Shown here: in pieces, positions 18,085 to 26,888 of the stretch
Position numbering within the stretch: the first letter of the stretch is position 1
Layout: every line of letters starts with the position of its first letter
IMG/VR virus record: IMGVR_UViG_3300050016_000100
Coordinates: 1-64,000 of that record
Length of the DNA: 64,000 bases
DNA from: a virus
Strand: one strand, 5' to 3'
Program-made: the position numbers and the translations under genes
Notes under the pieces: model-generated
What the model saw: only the letters and a program-made list of their open reading frames with translations
The model's database searches: none
What the model was told of the DNA's origin: nothing

Positions 18085-18264
18085 CTAATCCTTCAAATTG
18101 CGGATGGTCTGAGCGATGTCGTGGCCGATGGTTGGTTCGCCTAATACTCTGCCGCGCTGATACGCTGTCTCGGCGCATCGTTCCCGCTCTTTTGCCCTAA
18201 CGGCGTCAAAGCGATCACCAACGCGCTCCATCGCTTCTTTCAGAATGTTAGGCGTATGTGTCAT
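18085..18264 (-). CDS. Hypothetical protein, paralogue of 37257..37442
   Basis: AMERVGDRFDAVR..ERERCA shared. Confidence 0.6.
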   Translation of the reverse strand: MTHTPNILKEAMERVGDRFDAVRAKERERCAETAYQRGRVLGEPTIGHDIAQTIRNLKD

Positions 18265-18298
18265 ACATATCCCTTTCGGGCCTCTATATCCAAGTTGA

Positions 18299-18544
18299 TT
18301 ACGCGAGAAGCCCCTTGAGAGCTTCAGCGAATTTTCTCGTTTCTTCGTTATCCAGCTCGCGATGACAAAGTTGCTCGCGCTTGCCGTCGTTTTGCGCGGT
18401 CGGCTCTGTCCGGTAGACGCGGAAGGACGTGCGGCCCATCGCGCAAAGAGTAGTGGAAAACTCAATCTCCACCGATCCCCAACGCATCGGTCCCGGCTCA
18501 CCTTTCCCGGCTTCGGTCCCGCAATAAAGTGAAACGCTTGCCAT
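18299..18544 (-). CDS. Hypothetical protein (duplicated gene B)
   Basis: MASVSLYCGTE...; GAGGA RBS. Confidence 0.55.
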   Translation of the reverse strand: MASVSLYCGTEAGKGEPGPMRWGSVEIEFSTTLCAMGRTSFRVYRTEPTAQNDGKREQLCHRELDNEETRKFAEALKGLLA

Positions 18545-18558
18545 GTGTGGGTAATCCT

Positions 18559-18738
18559 CTAGGTGTGAGCGTGACTTTTCAACCATGCCAAAACTTCGAC
18601 AACGGCGGGGTCTGGTTTGTCGGGCCATAGTACCGGGTCAAAGGCTCCGTAACCGCGAATGACCTGATGCTGCGCCTCATATCGCGAAAGTGTCTCGAAG
18701 CATTCGAGGAACCGGGCAATTTGCGCTGCGGTTGGCAT
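18559..18738 (-). CDS. Hypothetical protein (duplicated gene A)
   Basis: MPTAAQIARF...; AAGGA RBS. Confidence 0.55.
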   Translation of the reverse strand: MPTAAQIARFLECFETLSRYEAQHQVIRGYGAFDPVLWPDKPDPAVVEVLAWLKSHAHT

Positions 18739-18745
18739 GGCGGCC

Positions 18746-18949
18746 CTAATCCTTCAACTGATCGAGTTGTTCTTGCAGGCGATCGCGCTGGGCAAAAGCG
18801 TCACCCAATCCACAGGCATAGGGAACGCCCCAAGGCGTCTCTGTGTTCAGCGGATTCATCTTGAACTGCCGAATATCGCCCTCAAAGACCAGGGTGAAGG
18901 CTTCGGTAAATTCCTTTTTATCGCGCGGATCGAGCGGATGGCTTGGCAT
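18746..18949 (-). CDS. Hypothetical protein (array gene)
   Basis: TAGGAG RBS; MPSHPLDPRDK. Confidence 0.55.
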   Translation of the reverse strand: MPSHPLDPRDKKEFTEAFTLVFEGDIRQFKMNPLNTETPWGVPYACGLGDAFAQRDRLQEQLDQLKD

Positions 18950-18960
18950 CGGGCCTTCTC

Positions 18961-19215
18961 CTACAACGTGACGCCGAGCTTTTTTAGCTCGGCCTGAATG
19001 ATCTTTTTGGCGGCGGCGACGATCAACGCGCCGGTCTTGCAATCGACCACGACCGAAGCATCGTTGTTGTCCACATATCGGTCGCTGGCTAGACCGCCGA
19101 CTAGAAACTCAAGACCGCGATCAGTGTCATGCTTGCGGCAGGCGCGAGCGAGTTTGTTCCACCCGCCGAGAGCATCAACCAAAAATCCAGGCCGATAAGC
19201 TTCGTTCGCTTTCAC
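18961..19215 (-). CDS. Hypothetical protein (array gene)
   Basis: GAGGA RBS; junction motif. Confidence 0.55.
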   Translation of the reverse strand: MKANEAYRPGFLVDALGGWNKLARACRKHDTDRGLEFLVGGLASDRYVDNNDASVVVDCKTGALIVAAAKKIIQAELKKLGVTL

Positions 19216-19221
19216 GGCGGC

Positions 19222-19437
19222 CTAATCCTCTAAAACATGCGCGGCAAAATAGTTGCCAGCCATACAGTCAGCTTGAGACGAATAACCGCTGCGGGTTTTT
19301 CCAGTATGGGAAATGACACGACCACCCGGCATCGGCCAATCTGGATCATAGCTAACGACCGTGCGCGACTTCAATTCGCGAGAGCCATAGCCCTTGAAGC
19401 GGTATGTCTTGCCCACCTGAATGTCGCGCGACTCCAT
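19222..19437 (-). CDS. Hypothetical SH3-like small protein (array gene)
   Basis: DIQVGKTYRFK N-terminus. Confidence 0.5.
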   Translation of the reverse strand: MESRDIQVGKTYRFKGYGSRELKSRTVVSYDPDWPMPGGRVISHTGKTRSGYSSQADCMAGNYFAAHVLED

Positions 19438-19450
19438 TTGCGGGCCCTTT

Positions 19451-19738
19451 CTAACAGGGTTGGCTGACGCGAATTTCGTCAGCGTTGGAGTAGTCGCACA
19501 GGTGCAATTCCCAACTCTCGATAGGCTCCATTAGGGCCGCCATCGAGGCGAGAAACCCACTATCGTTAAAACTGTATTGCTTGTTCTGTTCAGGGTGTGC
19601 CGCCAGCCATTCGTCACGCAGCCGCTCAACGTCAATTTCCGCACGCGCCAGGAATACTCCCTGCACCATAAAGTCGCTGTAGCAGCCCGAAGTCACGGTA
19701 AAGGTCGCGCCCTTTGGGATCGGAACTTGCTTGCTCAT
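19451..19738 (-). CDS. Hypothetical protein (array gene)
   Basis: IPKG.TF.VTSG.YSD pattern. Confidence 0.55.
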   Translation of the reverse strand: MSKQVPIPKGATFTVTSGCYSDFMVQGVFLARAEIDVERLRDEWLAAHPEQNKQYSFNDSGFLASMAALMEPIESWELHLCDYSNADEIRVSQPC

Positions 19739-19745
19739 TTCCGGG

Positions 19746-19931
19746 CTATTTTGACTGATCGAGGCAGAATGTCATAATAATGCGATGCTCATTCCCAACA
19801 TGAAGTTTTTTGCCTTCGGCTATACAGCCGTCCTCAGTACGGAACCCCGGCACTGAACTAATGGCTGCGGCTGGACTAGAATTGTAAAGTCCGCCCTGCG
19901 CGAAAGCGATCACAACTAAAATCCATGTCAT
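19746..19931 (-). CDS. Small secreted Cys-pair protein (array gene)
   Basis: MTWILVVI...F.T...C...C; resembles 13420..13665 type. Confidence 0.55.
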   Translation of the reverse strand: MTWILVVIAFAQGGLYNSSPAAAISSVPGFRTEDGCIAEGKKLHVGNEHRIIMTFCLDQSK

Positions 19932-19946
19932 AGCGGCCTCTCTCCT

Positions 19947-20204
19947 TCAATCGAGGGGGTCTGGAATTAGACCAGTTATTTCGCTGTACGTCGACAGCAT
20001 CATAAGCGGCGGCACTAGAAATATGTCCCACCCGCCATCGTCGCCTCTAAGCATTGCGATAAGACAGAGAAGGCCCCAGATCGGGAACGCTACGATGTCG
20101 AAAACAATCCCGAGCGGCACCCATAACAAGGCCAGCGCCAAGAACGGAAGCGATAAAATGAAAATTGCGGATACTCGGGCGGCGTTTTTAAGTGACCAAT
20201 CCAT
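19947..20204 (-). CDS. Membrane protein (array gene)
   Basis: Multiple hydrophobic segments. Confidence 0.55.
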   Translation of the reverse strand: MDWSLKNAARVSAIFILSLPFLALALLWVPLGIVFDIVAFPIWGLLCLIAMLRGDDGGWDIFLVPPLMMLSTYSEITGLIPDPLD

Positions 20205-20217
20205 CGGGGCTATTCCT

Positions 20218-20424
20218 CTAGGCCGCTACTTGGTTCGGGCAGACAAACTTGCAATCGAAAAACCGCTCGATGTTTGGCCGTTCATAAATCTGCAATTCAG
20301 CGTGGGGAAACACCGGCCCGACCCATCCGCCGCCCGGCGGCGGCCCCTCCTTGCGCCAGCGATACGTGCTCTCCATGACCTTGCGCTCTTGCCGGACCGC
20401 GCCACACTTTTTGCATTTCGTCAC
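20218..20424 (-). CDS. Small zinc-binding protein (array gene)
   Basis: CKKC...C...C. Confidence 0.5.
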   Translation of the reverse strand: MTKCKKCGAVRQERKVMESTYRWRKEGPPPGGGWVGPVFPHAELQIYERPNIERFFDCKFVCPNQVAA

Positions 20425-20429
20425 GGCGG

Positions 20430-20612
20430 CTATCCTGACAATGCCGTGTCGATCTTATCGAGCAGCGGCTTTAGGGTTTGAGAGTTTTCGGAAAGTAGCT
20501 GTTTCTCGACCGCCGCCAACCACGCCCGCGCTTCCACCAACGCCTCTCGGACCTGCGTATAAGCCTCGCAGGGCTCCGCGCCATCTGGCATCATGCAACC
20601 GGGTAACGACAT
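20430..20612 (-). CDS. Hypothetical protein (array gene)
   Basis: GCMMPDGAEPC.AY motif. Confidence 0.55.
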   Translation of the reverse strand: MSLPGCMMPDGAEPCEAYTQVREALVEARAWLAAVEKQLLSENSQTLKPLLDKIDTALSG

Positions 20613-20616
20613 TTCC

Positions 20617-21082
20617 GGCCTCTATATCCAAGTTGATTACGCGAGAAGCCCCTTGAGAGCTTCAGCGAATTTTCTCGTTTCTTCGTTACCCAGCTCGCGA
20701 TGACAAAGTTGCTCGCGCTTGCCGTCGTTTTGCGCGGTCGGCTCTGTCCGGTAGACGCGGAAGGACGTGCGGCCCATCGCGCAAAGAGTAGTGGAAAACT
20801 CAATCTCCACCGATCCCCAACGCATCGGTCCCGGCTCACCTTTCCCGGCTTCGGTCCCGCAATAAAGTGAAACGCTTGCCATGTGTGGGTAATCCTCTAG
20901 GTGTGAGCGTGACTTTTCAACCATGCCAAAACTTCGACAACGGCGGGGTCTGGTTTGTCGGGCCATAGTACCGGGTCAAAGGCTCCGTAACCGCGAATGA
21001 CCTGATGCTGCGCCTCATATCGCGAAAGTGTCTCGAAGCATTCGAGGAACCGGGCAATTTGCGCTGCGGTTGGCATGGCGGC
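20617..21082. repeat. 466-bp direct repeat, copy 2
   Basis: Matches 18279..18744. Confidence 0.95.
20637..20882 (-). CDS. Hypothetical protein (gene B)
   Basis: Duplicate of 18299..18544. Confidence 0.55.
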   Translation of the reverse strand: MASVSLYCGTEAGKGEPGPMRWGSVEIEFSTTLCAMGRTSFRVYRTEPTAQNDGKREQLCHRELGNEETRKFAEALKGLLA

Positions 21083-21331
21083 TTCTTCGCCACAGTAAAA
21101 GCAATGCCTCATTTTCGGTGCCATCGGATAACCCTTGCTCTTGCCGGATGCGTTTAGGCGAAGGCCCCATCCGACGCCGGTCGGGTCGATGTTGCAGACG
21201 CGTTCACCGGCTGCGAGTGCCGGCTCGATGATCTGGCTCTTGGCGACCGATGTCTTGCCGCTTCCGTTCATGCCGAGGATGGCGATGTGCTTCTTCAGCG
21301 CGGACTCCGGAATCAAGTTCTTCGCCATCAT
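20897..21331 (-). pseudogene. HerA/DUF87-like ATPase 5' fragment fused in frame to array gene A
   Basis: HIAILGMNGSGKT Walker A and IDPTG; homology breaks after 68-bp repeat. Confidence 0.8.
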
Positions 21332-21648
21332 GATTCCCCCCCGAACCGCTCGAGCGCCTGCTTCACCGTAGGCCAGCGGCCAATCAGTTCCTCAGCGATG
21401 CCGACGAGCGCCCCGCGGTCGTAGCCCAGCCTCGTTTTCGAACGATGCGCGAACACGATCCTTCGCTCTAGTTCGGCCAATGCGATACTCGGCGCTCCAC
21501 CCAGGCGGCCGCGCAGGTCTGCGGCGATGGATCGGACGATCCGAATCTGACGATAATTGTCCTCGGTGGCGGCTAACCTGCGGAGCGCCTCGATCTGGCG
21601 CTCGACCTCGGCGAGCTTTTCCTCCGTCGTGAATGTGTAAAGGGTCAC
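21328..21648 (-). CDS. Hypothetical protein
   Basis: Coupled ORF; FTTEEKLAEVER.I motif. Confidence 0.65.
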   Translation of the reverse strand: MTLYTFTTEEKLAEVERQIEALRRLAATEDNYRQIRIVRSIAADLRGRLGGAPSIALAELERRIVFAHRSKTRLGYDRGALVGIAEELIGRWPTVKQALERFGGES

Positions 21649-22001
21649 GGGACCAGCTCCGCCGCGGCTTTGATACCTGCATCGGTCAGCTTCCAGACGA
21701 TGGCCGGACTCCCGCTCGGTGCCGGACGGTGATCTTGTGTCGCGAAGACGAGGCCGGCATCGCGGAGTTCGCCACGCCGTTTGCCGGCGCTGGTCTGCTG
21801 GCGTCCTATGGCGTCCCCGAGTTCGAAGTCGGTTAGGCCGGACGGCGCATTGGCAAGCGCGAGAAGTGCCTGCTTGCGGACCGTGCGGCGGTTCGACCGG
21901 TTGCGGCTCGCTGTCTGGTGGCTGGTCTCCGGATCAGTCGTGCGGGCGCCGGGACCAACCGAGAAAAGGTCCGGAGCTAGTTTCTCGTGTGTCCGGCTCA
22001 T
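21645..22001 (-). CDS. Winged-helix DNA-binding protein
   Basis: ARTTDPETS...GLTD.EL...KRRGEL...GLV...VW. Confidence 0.7.
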   Translation of the reverse strand: MSRTHEKLAPDLFSVGPGARTTDPETSHQTASRNRSNRRTVRKQALLALANAPSGLTDFELGDAIGRQQTSAGKRRGELRDAGLVFATQDHRPAPSGSPAIVWKLTDAGIKAAAELVP

Positions 22002-22543
22002 GCCGACCTCCCTGCCTCTTTTTTCAATGTCGCGCGAGTCGTCCCGGTCATCGTCGCGAGTAGGTCGAGGACGTCGCGCTTTGACTTCTCGAAGGGCTCC
22101 TTCGCCATCGATGCCGCGCTCTGCGACTTGGCGGTTCTGACGATAACCTTCTTCCCGCTCAGATGGATTCTAGCGTACTCGTCGACGCTCCGAATGAAGG
22201 TCGCCAGATTCCGCGCGTGCGATGGCGTGTCGCAATCGAAGTCCTTCTCGTCGAACCATCCGGTCTCGATCAGCGCCCACTTCCTTAAGTGCTCCGCAGA
22301 AGGCCATCGCGCCGCGATTGATTCCGGAAGGTTGTGCCATGCGTCGTCGATGGCGGCGAAGTATTGGTTATGACTCGCGCGGGATCGCGCCTCGAGGACG
22401 ACGAGTGGGTAATCCTCATTCTCGTGAAACTGGCGCCGCGCGACCTTTTCATATCGGGTCTCCGGCATCATAACGAGCTTGAGTTCGCCGCTATCCGGGA
22501 GCGCCGCCCATGTCCACCGAAAGACAACCGGGACCATCCTCAT
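21998..22543 (-). CDS. Recombination-associated protein (NinB/Orf-like)
   Basis: RSRASHNQYFA...EHLRK..L...S...M.K..F; next to exonuclease/ERF. Confidence 0.5.
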   Translation of the reverse strand: MRMVPVVFRWTWAALPDSGELKLVMMPETRYEKVARRQFHENEDYPLVVLEARSRASHNQYFAAIDDAWHNLPESIAARWPSAEHLRKWALIETGWFDEKDFDCDTPSHARNLATFIRSVDEYARIHLSGKKVIVRTAKSQSAASMAKEPFEKSKRDVLDLLATMTGTTRATLKKEAGRSA

Positions 22544-23289
22544 CGCGGGATCGCCTCCTTCGCGACGTCGGCCGGTTTGCGCTTCCCGCCGAGCATCGAG
22601 CGGACCTTCTCGACGAGCTGCTTCAGGTCGTAGTCGAAGCGCTCGATCTCGCTCTCGATCTGCTTGATAAAGGCATCGTCGCGCGCGACGGTAAAGACGA
22701 GGGCGCCCGGCATCCCGCGGTAGAAGATCACGAGGTCGACCTCCTCGAGCTCGGCGACGAGCATCGTCCCCTGGACCTGCGCGCGGTGCTCGGGAGGAAT
22801 CCCACCGCGCATGAGCTGCTCGATCATCAGGCGCGGAATCTGCGTCTTGATCTCGAGGCCCTTGGCTCTCTTCGTGAAGTCGTTGACGACGAAGCCGTCC
22901 GGCGACGCTCCGACGATCTGCCCGCGCGGGAGCTTGTTACGAACGAAGCCGACCCGCTCGACCTCGACGCCTCGGGTGAACGCGTAGTGTTCCCGCGCCT
23001 CGGCCTCCATTATCTTGCCGCGCTCCATCGCGGGGCCGGACCAATTCTCGGCCGGCTCGCCGGTCAAGAGTTCGCCCGCGAGGTCGTAGAGGAGTTTGCG
23101 CCGGGTCAGGCTCTCGCCCCCGTCCTTCCCGGACGCCATGATCGTCCCGAAGTTCGAGGCGGTCGGGAGGCCGAGCCGGAGTTTTATCCATTCCTCAGAG
23201 CCTTGTTCGCAATAGAAAATCTCAGGCGAACTCTTCGTAGAGTTCTTTGCGTTTGGCCGCATAGATGAGGCGAGCTTCTTCTCGATCAC
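22540..23289 (-). CDS. YqaJ/lambda-exonuclease family nuclease
   Basis: QGSEEW..LRLG.PTAS, GASPDG, LEIK, QVQG motifs. Confidence 0.9.
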   Translation of the reverse strand: MIEKKLASSMRPNAKNSTKSSPEIFYCEQGSEEWIKLRLGLPTASNFGTIMASGKDGGESLTRRKLLYDLAGELLTGEPAENWSGPAMERGKIMEAEAREHYAFTRGVEVERVGFVRNKLPRGQIVGASPDGFVVNDFTKRAKGLEIKTQIPRLMIEQLMRGGIPPEHRAQVQGTMLVAELEEVDLVIFYRGMPGALVFTVARDDAFIKQIESEIERFDYDLKQLVEKVRSMLGGKRKPADVAKEAIPR

Positions 23290-24188
23290 TTCTTCGCCTC
23301 CGGCGCCTTCGCGCGTGCGGCAGCGTTCGCCTCGTAGCTCCGGATCGCCGCGACCGTCTCATCGAACCGCCCGCGCGGTAGTTTCGCGAGGCCGTCGATC
23401 TCCGGGTGGCCCTTCGGGCGCGTCTTGTTCATGTGGACGACGAGCCGATCCTTCGGGCAGCCGGCAGCGTCGGCGAGCGCGATGATCTGCTCTAGCTCGT
23501 CTTGCAGGAGCGGGTCGCCAAGGACGACCGGACGCCCGCTCTTCTTCCCGTCGTCATCTTCGCCCTTGGTGACGATATTGAGGACCGCGCAAGCGGTGTG
23601 CCGTTTCGCGTAGCTGACGGACGATGCCCATGCCTGGGCGTTGTTCTTGCTTCCGGTCGTATCGGCACCGAGGTCGAAGTAGCAGGATTCGTCGGTGTGG
23701 CCGTGGCCGATCAGAATGGCAGTGACGCGGACGCGACCATCGGGTGCGGTCCCGATCCGATGCCGAAGGCCAAAGCCGTACTTGTGCAGTATCGGCTTGA
23801 TCACCGGCATCATAATTTCCCATTTCGCATACGGGGTGTCCTGCGACACTTCGCCTGTCCGCTTGCCCGTCGCGTCCTTCTCCCGGACAACAATCGCTCC
23901 GCTTTTCGTGACGACCGGGAGCTCCGGTTGCATTTCGATCATCGCGTGATCGAACGCATCGCGCGCGGCGCGGTTAAGTACCCGCTCTTGGAAGTCAAGG
24001 ATCGGACCAAGGGTCGCTGCTGCTGCCGGGTTAACCGCAAGCCGCTCAACCATCGCAAGGAAGTCTCCGCCGAACCGGACCATCGCTATCCGATCAGGTG
24101 GAAGCGTCGCGACCTCCTGCTTAGCGACCGGTGGGCTTTCGAATAACCAGTCCTCGTCCACCTTCTCATTCACCTGCACCTTCGTCAT
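23286..24188 (-). CDS. erf: ERF family single-strand annealing protein
   Basis: YAKWE...PIL.KYG; SKN.AQ..ASSVSYAKRH...L.I...EDDDG. Confidence 0.9.
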   Translation of the reverse strand: MTKVQVNEKVDEDWLFESPPVAKQEVATLPPDRIAMVRFGGDFLAMVERLAVNPAAAATLGPILDFQERVLNRAARDAFDHAMIEMQPELPVVTKSGAIVVREKDATGKRTGEVSQDTPYAKWEIMMPVIKPILHKYGFGLRHRIGTAPDGRVRVTAILIGHGHTDESCYFDLGADTTGSKNNAQAWASSVSYAKRHTACAVLNIVTKGEDDDGKKSGRPVVLGDPLLQDELEQIIALADAAGCPKDRLVVHMNKTRPKGHPEIDGLAKLPRGRFDETVAAIRSYEANAAARAKAPEAKK

Positions 24189-24208
24189 GATATTCTCCCT
24201 GGGTTAAA

Positions 24209-24517
24209 TTATTCTTCGACCTCGGCCATCGGCCATCGATCGGCCGAGAAAGTAAACTTCGCGTCGATGCTCGGACCCTTTCGGTCGCCATTGAGTGGTG
24301 GCGCACCGTTCGCATCGATGAAGGCTGCGAGTGGCGCCACTTGGGTCGCCCGGACATAGCCGATGTGCTTGCTCTGCGCCCATATTTGAACCGCGTTCCG
24401 GTCGAACTTGTTCGACGGCTCGCGGATCAGCGTCAGTGGCTCGCCCTTCGGTAGCGATGCGACCAAGGCTTCGCTGCCGCGGTGTTTCATGCCGACGATC
24501 GAGTAGAGGCCTTTCAT
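24209..24517 (-). CDS. HIRAN domain protein
   Basis: IVGM.HR...L.REPSNKFDRNAV......IGYV. Confidence 0.85.
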   Translation of the reverse strand: MKGLYSIVGMKHRGSEALVASLPKGEPLTLIREPSNKFDRNAVQIWAQSKHIGYVRATQVAPLAAFIDANGAPPLNGDRKGPSIDAKFTFSADRWPMAEVEE

Positions 24518-24519
24518 CT

Positions 24520-24942
24520 TTATCCCCTTTGATGTCCTCTCGGCGGCTTGAATGTTGCAATCGGCAATGACTCAGCTCGTTCTTTTATGCTCGCGACCTC
24601 TACAAGCGTACGGCGGCCGGATTTTTTAGCTTTAAGGACGCCGCGACGTAAAAGGTCTTCGATGGTCCAGGTAGACTCGCTCGTATAACGCGCTGCGTTT
24701 TCTATGCTAAGGAACGCAGGCTCAAGTTGTTCACCACTGAGGGCTTCGGCGATATGCTCGCAAAGTCCGTATAGCAGTGTCGGGTGAATGTAGGTCTCGT
24801 TCGACGCGCCGAGCGTTTTCCCGATGATCTCCTGCGCTTTGCTCCATTGACCGGAGCTAATCGCGCTCGTCTTGATCGGCAGGTTACCGTCGACGATCTT
24901 CCGGGCGACCTCAAGATATTCCTTGTTGGTCACGGTTTTCAT
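24520..24942 (-). CDS. Excisionase-like HTH DNA-binding protein
   Basis: C-terminal LSIENAA...T...L...G.L.A.K.GRRTLV. Confidence 0.65.
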   Translation of the reverse strand: MKTVTNKEYLEVARKIVDGNLPIKTSAISSGQWSKAQEIIGKTLGASNETYIHPTLLYGLCEHIAEALSGEQLEPAFLSIENAARYTSESTWTIEDLLRRGVLKAKKSGRRTLVEVASIKERAESLPIATFKPPRGHQRG

Positions 24943-25856
24943 CGGACGACCGACTTCGGCTTCTTGCCGATGCTCGCCCCGGCCATCTGGACGGTATAGC
25001 CGTTATTTTTCGCCCAACCGCGTACCGCCTTCTCGATGGCGTCGAGGGAGAAGTACGGGCCGAGCGTCACGAAGTCGAGCTTCGTCCGATCCTCGACGAG
25101 CGCGTATGGCTCCGTCGTCATCGTTGATAGCGTGCCGTCGCTCCCGCGCTGGCGCATTAAATCGGCCGGCTTCGCGAGCGTGTCGATATGGGCGGTCTGT
25201 GCGGCGCCGGCGGCGACATCGGCATGGGCCGACGCGGCAGATGCCTTAACTTCCTGGGCTTCGGCGGCGGCGGTCTTCTCCTCGATCTTCGCCGGCGCCC
25301 GTGCCCGCTCGGCTTCCTGGCGCCGCGCCTCGGCGGCGGCCAGTTCCTCAGCCTCCTTCTTACGAGCGATCTCGGCCTCGCGTTCCGCGGCCGCGGCGAT
25401 CCGATTCAGCTCAGCTTGCTTCTCTGCAAGGATGCGATTGTCGTAGTCCGTGAGCCTGGCGTTCAGTATGTCGGCAGCGCCGGGCTTGTTCGTCTTGACG
25501 CGCCGCGCCAGTTTGTCGATCGGACCGAAGAAAGTTTGATCAACGGCTTGGCCGCCGCGATAATACGCCATCTTTTCCTTCTCGTGGAACGCGGTGAGAG
25601 CCTTGGCGTGATCGCGGATTCGTTTGATCAGGCTGGTGTACTTGCCTTTGGTTTCATCGCTGTCGATCTGCTCCGGCAGCGCGCGCGCTTCGTCGAGAAG
25701 CGTGGTGGTGAGCGCGAGTGAATCTTTGAACTCGTCGCTCAAGTATTCGGTAACCACCTGCGCGAAGTCGCCCTCCTGTTCGGCGATTAGCTTCGGAAGC
25801 GGCGGTTGATTATGCCCCATCGGCGGCGGGGCGACGGTCTCAGTTTTTGCGTCCAT
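24939..25856 (-). CDS. Coiled-coil phage protein (Gam/Gp157-like)
   Basis: GHNQPP N-terminus; EK..Y..G...VD.FF; long coiled coil. Confidence 0.55.
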   Translation of the reverse strand: MDAKTETVAPPPMGHNQPPLPKLIAEQEGDFAQVVTEYLSDEFKDSLALTTTLLDEARALPEQIDSDETKGKYTSLIKRIRDHAKALTAFHEKEKMAYYRGGQAVDQTFFGPIDKLARRVKTNKPGAADILNARLTDYDNRILAEKQAELNRIAAAAEREAEIARKKEAEELAAAEARRQEAERARAPAKIEEKTAAAEAQEVKASAASAHADVAAGAAQTAHIDTLAKPADLMRQRGSDGTLSTMTTEPYALVEDRTKLDFVTLGPYFSLDAIEKAVRGWAKNNGYTVQMAGASIGKKPKSVVR

Positions 25857-26022
25857 CGGTCTCTCCCTTGATGATCTTGATCGCCTTGTTGTAACCCTCG
25901 ATCTCGCCTTCGCCGCGAGCGATCTCAAGCATCCCGGCGAGCAGGTCGATCGCGACGCCCGTCGAGCCGCCGCGTATGTAGTCGATGTTGTCCTTCGCGC
26001 GCTGCTGCGCCCAGTCGCTCAT
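25840..26022 (-). CDS. Hypothetical protein
   Basis: Coupled ORF with AAGGAG RBS. Confidence 0.55.
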   Translation of the reverse strand: MSDWAQQRAKDNIDYIRGGSTGVAIDLLAGMLEIARGEGEIEGYNKAIKIIKGETDGRKN

Positions 26023-26597
26023 CGGTTTTCTCCTTCGTTAAAAGCAGCCGAGGACGCGAGACCGGTCCCGGCCGCTTCCCCCACGTTGGGGCTATCGCGA
26101 AAGCCGCGCTTGAACTCGCGCAGCCTGATCTTCTCCGGCGCCGACAGGTGGCCGGCCTCGGTGTTGCAAAGGACGCAAGCGAGGAAGATGTTCGAGATGT
26201 GGTTCGGGCCGCCGTGAGCCTGCGCGATCAGATGCTCGCGCGTCCGCGCTTCGGGCGTTCGGAACGCCATCCCGCAATAGAAGCACTCGTCGCCGTCGCG
26301 AGCGATCAGCGTCTCGATCACGGGTGGGTTGCGCTTATTGCGCTGAAGGAAGGCATCGGGCGGCCGCTGCACAGCGAGCCGGAAGTCAGGGTCGTTCTTC
26401 TTGAACGCTTCCCACGCCGCCTGCGCCTGCCCGGTGAACGTCCGCTGACCCGTCAGCTTTTGATAAATGATGGACGTCACGCCGCCGCCCTTGAAGCGGA
26501 CGACCTCCCACTCGTTCGTCGTGACGAGAAGCTCGGCTCCCCGGCCGACGAGCCACGCCTTGAAATTGTCGACCTCGTCGCGCTTGCGAGACTTCAC
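26019..26597 (-). CDS. HNH endonuclease
   Basis: RDG..CFYC...TREH....GG....N..LAC..CN. Confidence 0.85.
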   Translation of the reverse strand: MKSRKRDEVDNFKAWLVGRGAELLVTTNEWEVVRFKGGGVTSIIYQKLTGQRTFTGQAQAAWEAFKKNDPDFRLAVQRPPDAFLQRNKRNPPVIETLIARDGDECFYCGMAFRTPEARTREHLIAQAHGGPNHISNIFLACVLCNTEAGHLSAPEKIRLREFKRGFRDSPNVGEAAGTGLASSAAFNEGENR

Positions 26598-26749
26598 AGG
26601 ATGCTACCGTGCAGGAGAAGGTGGATCGCTGCGAACAGTGACGCGCTCGCCAACGCGAGGCAGACCAGCAAGACCACGGTCTGCCGGTCCTCCGGCTTGA
26701 CGCGCCGGAGAGGATTAAATCCATAAGGTGTGTCGGGAGTCAGGTTCAT
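26594..26749 (-). CDS. Small membrane protein, first leftward early gene
   Basis: MNLTPDTPY... with C-terminal TM segment. Confidence 0.45.
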   Translation of the reverse strand: MNLTPDTPYGFNPLRRVKPEDRQTVVLLVCLALASASLFAAIHLLLHGSIL

Positions 26750-26888
26750 CGTCCGCCCCTATACGATTCGGTTGCGACGCCCGATCAATATAGTCGACTT
26801 TTCTCCCCACGGGAAGGCCCTGCGCGGGTAACCGGGGATAAGTTGCCCTTGTGCAACACCCGCCACGTCTGCTATTTAGGCGACCGCC

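Larger units (their letters stand above)
18279..18744. repeat. 466-bp direct repeat, copy 1 (partner 20617..21082), containing two small genes
   Basis: Identical apart from one substitution seen (D/G codon). Confidence 0.95.

Noticed and set aside
15697-21082. Diversity-generating retroelement (TR/VR pairs)
   Set aside because: No reverse transcriptase recognised; repeats differ at only about one site each and cover whole genes or 5' ends, not a C-terminal variable region
17626-21122. Classical integron with attC sites
   Set aside because: Intergenic gaps are mostly 5-35 bp, too short for attC hairpins, and no tyrosine integrase was seen
26736-26755. IS1595-like terminus GGGAGTCAGGTTCATCGTCC
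   Set aside because: Overlaps the start of a plausible small gene; no partner end or TSD
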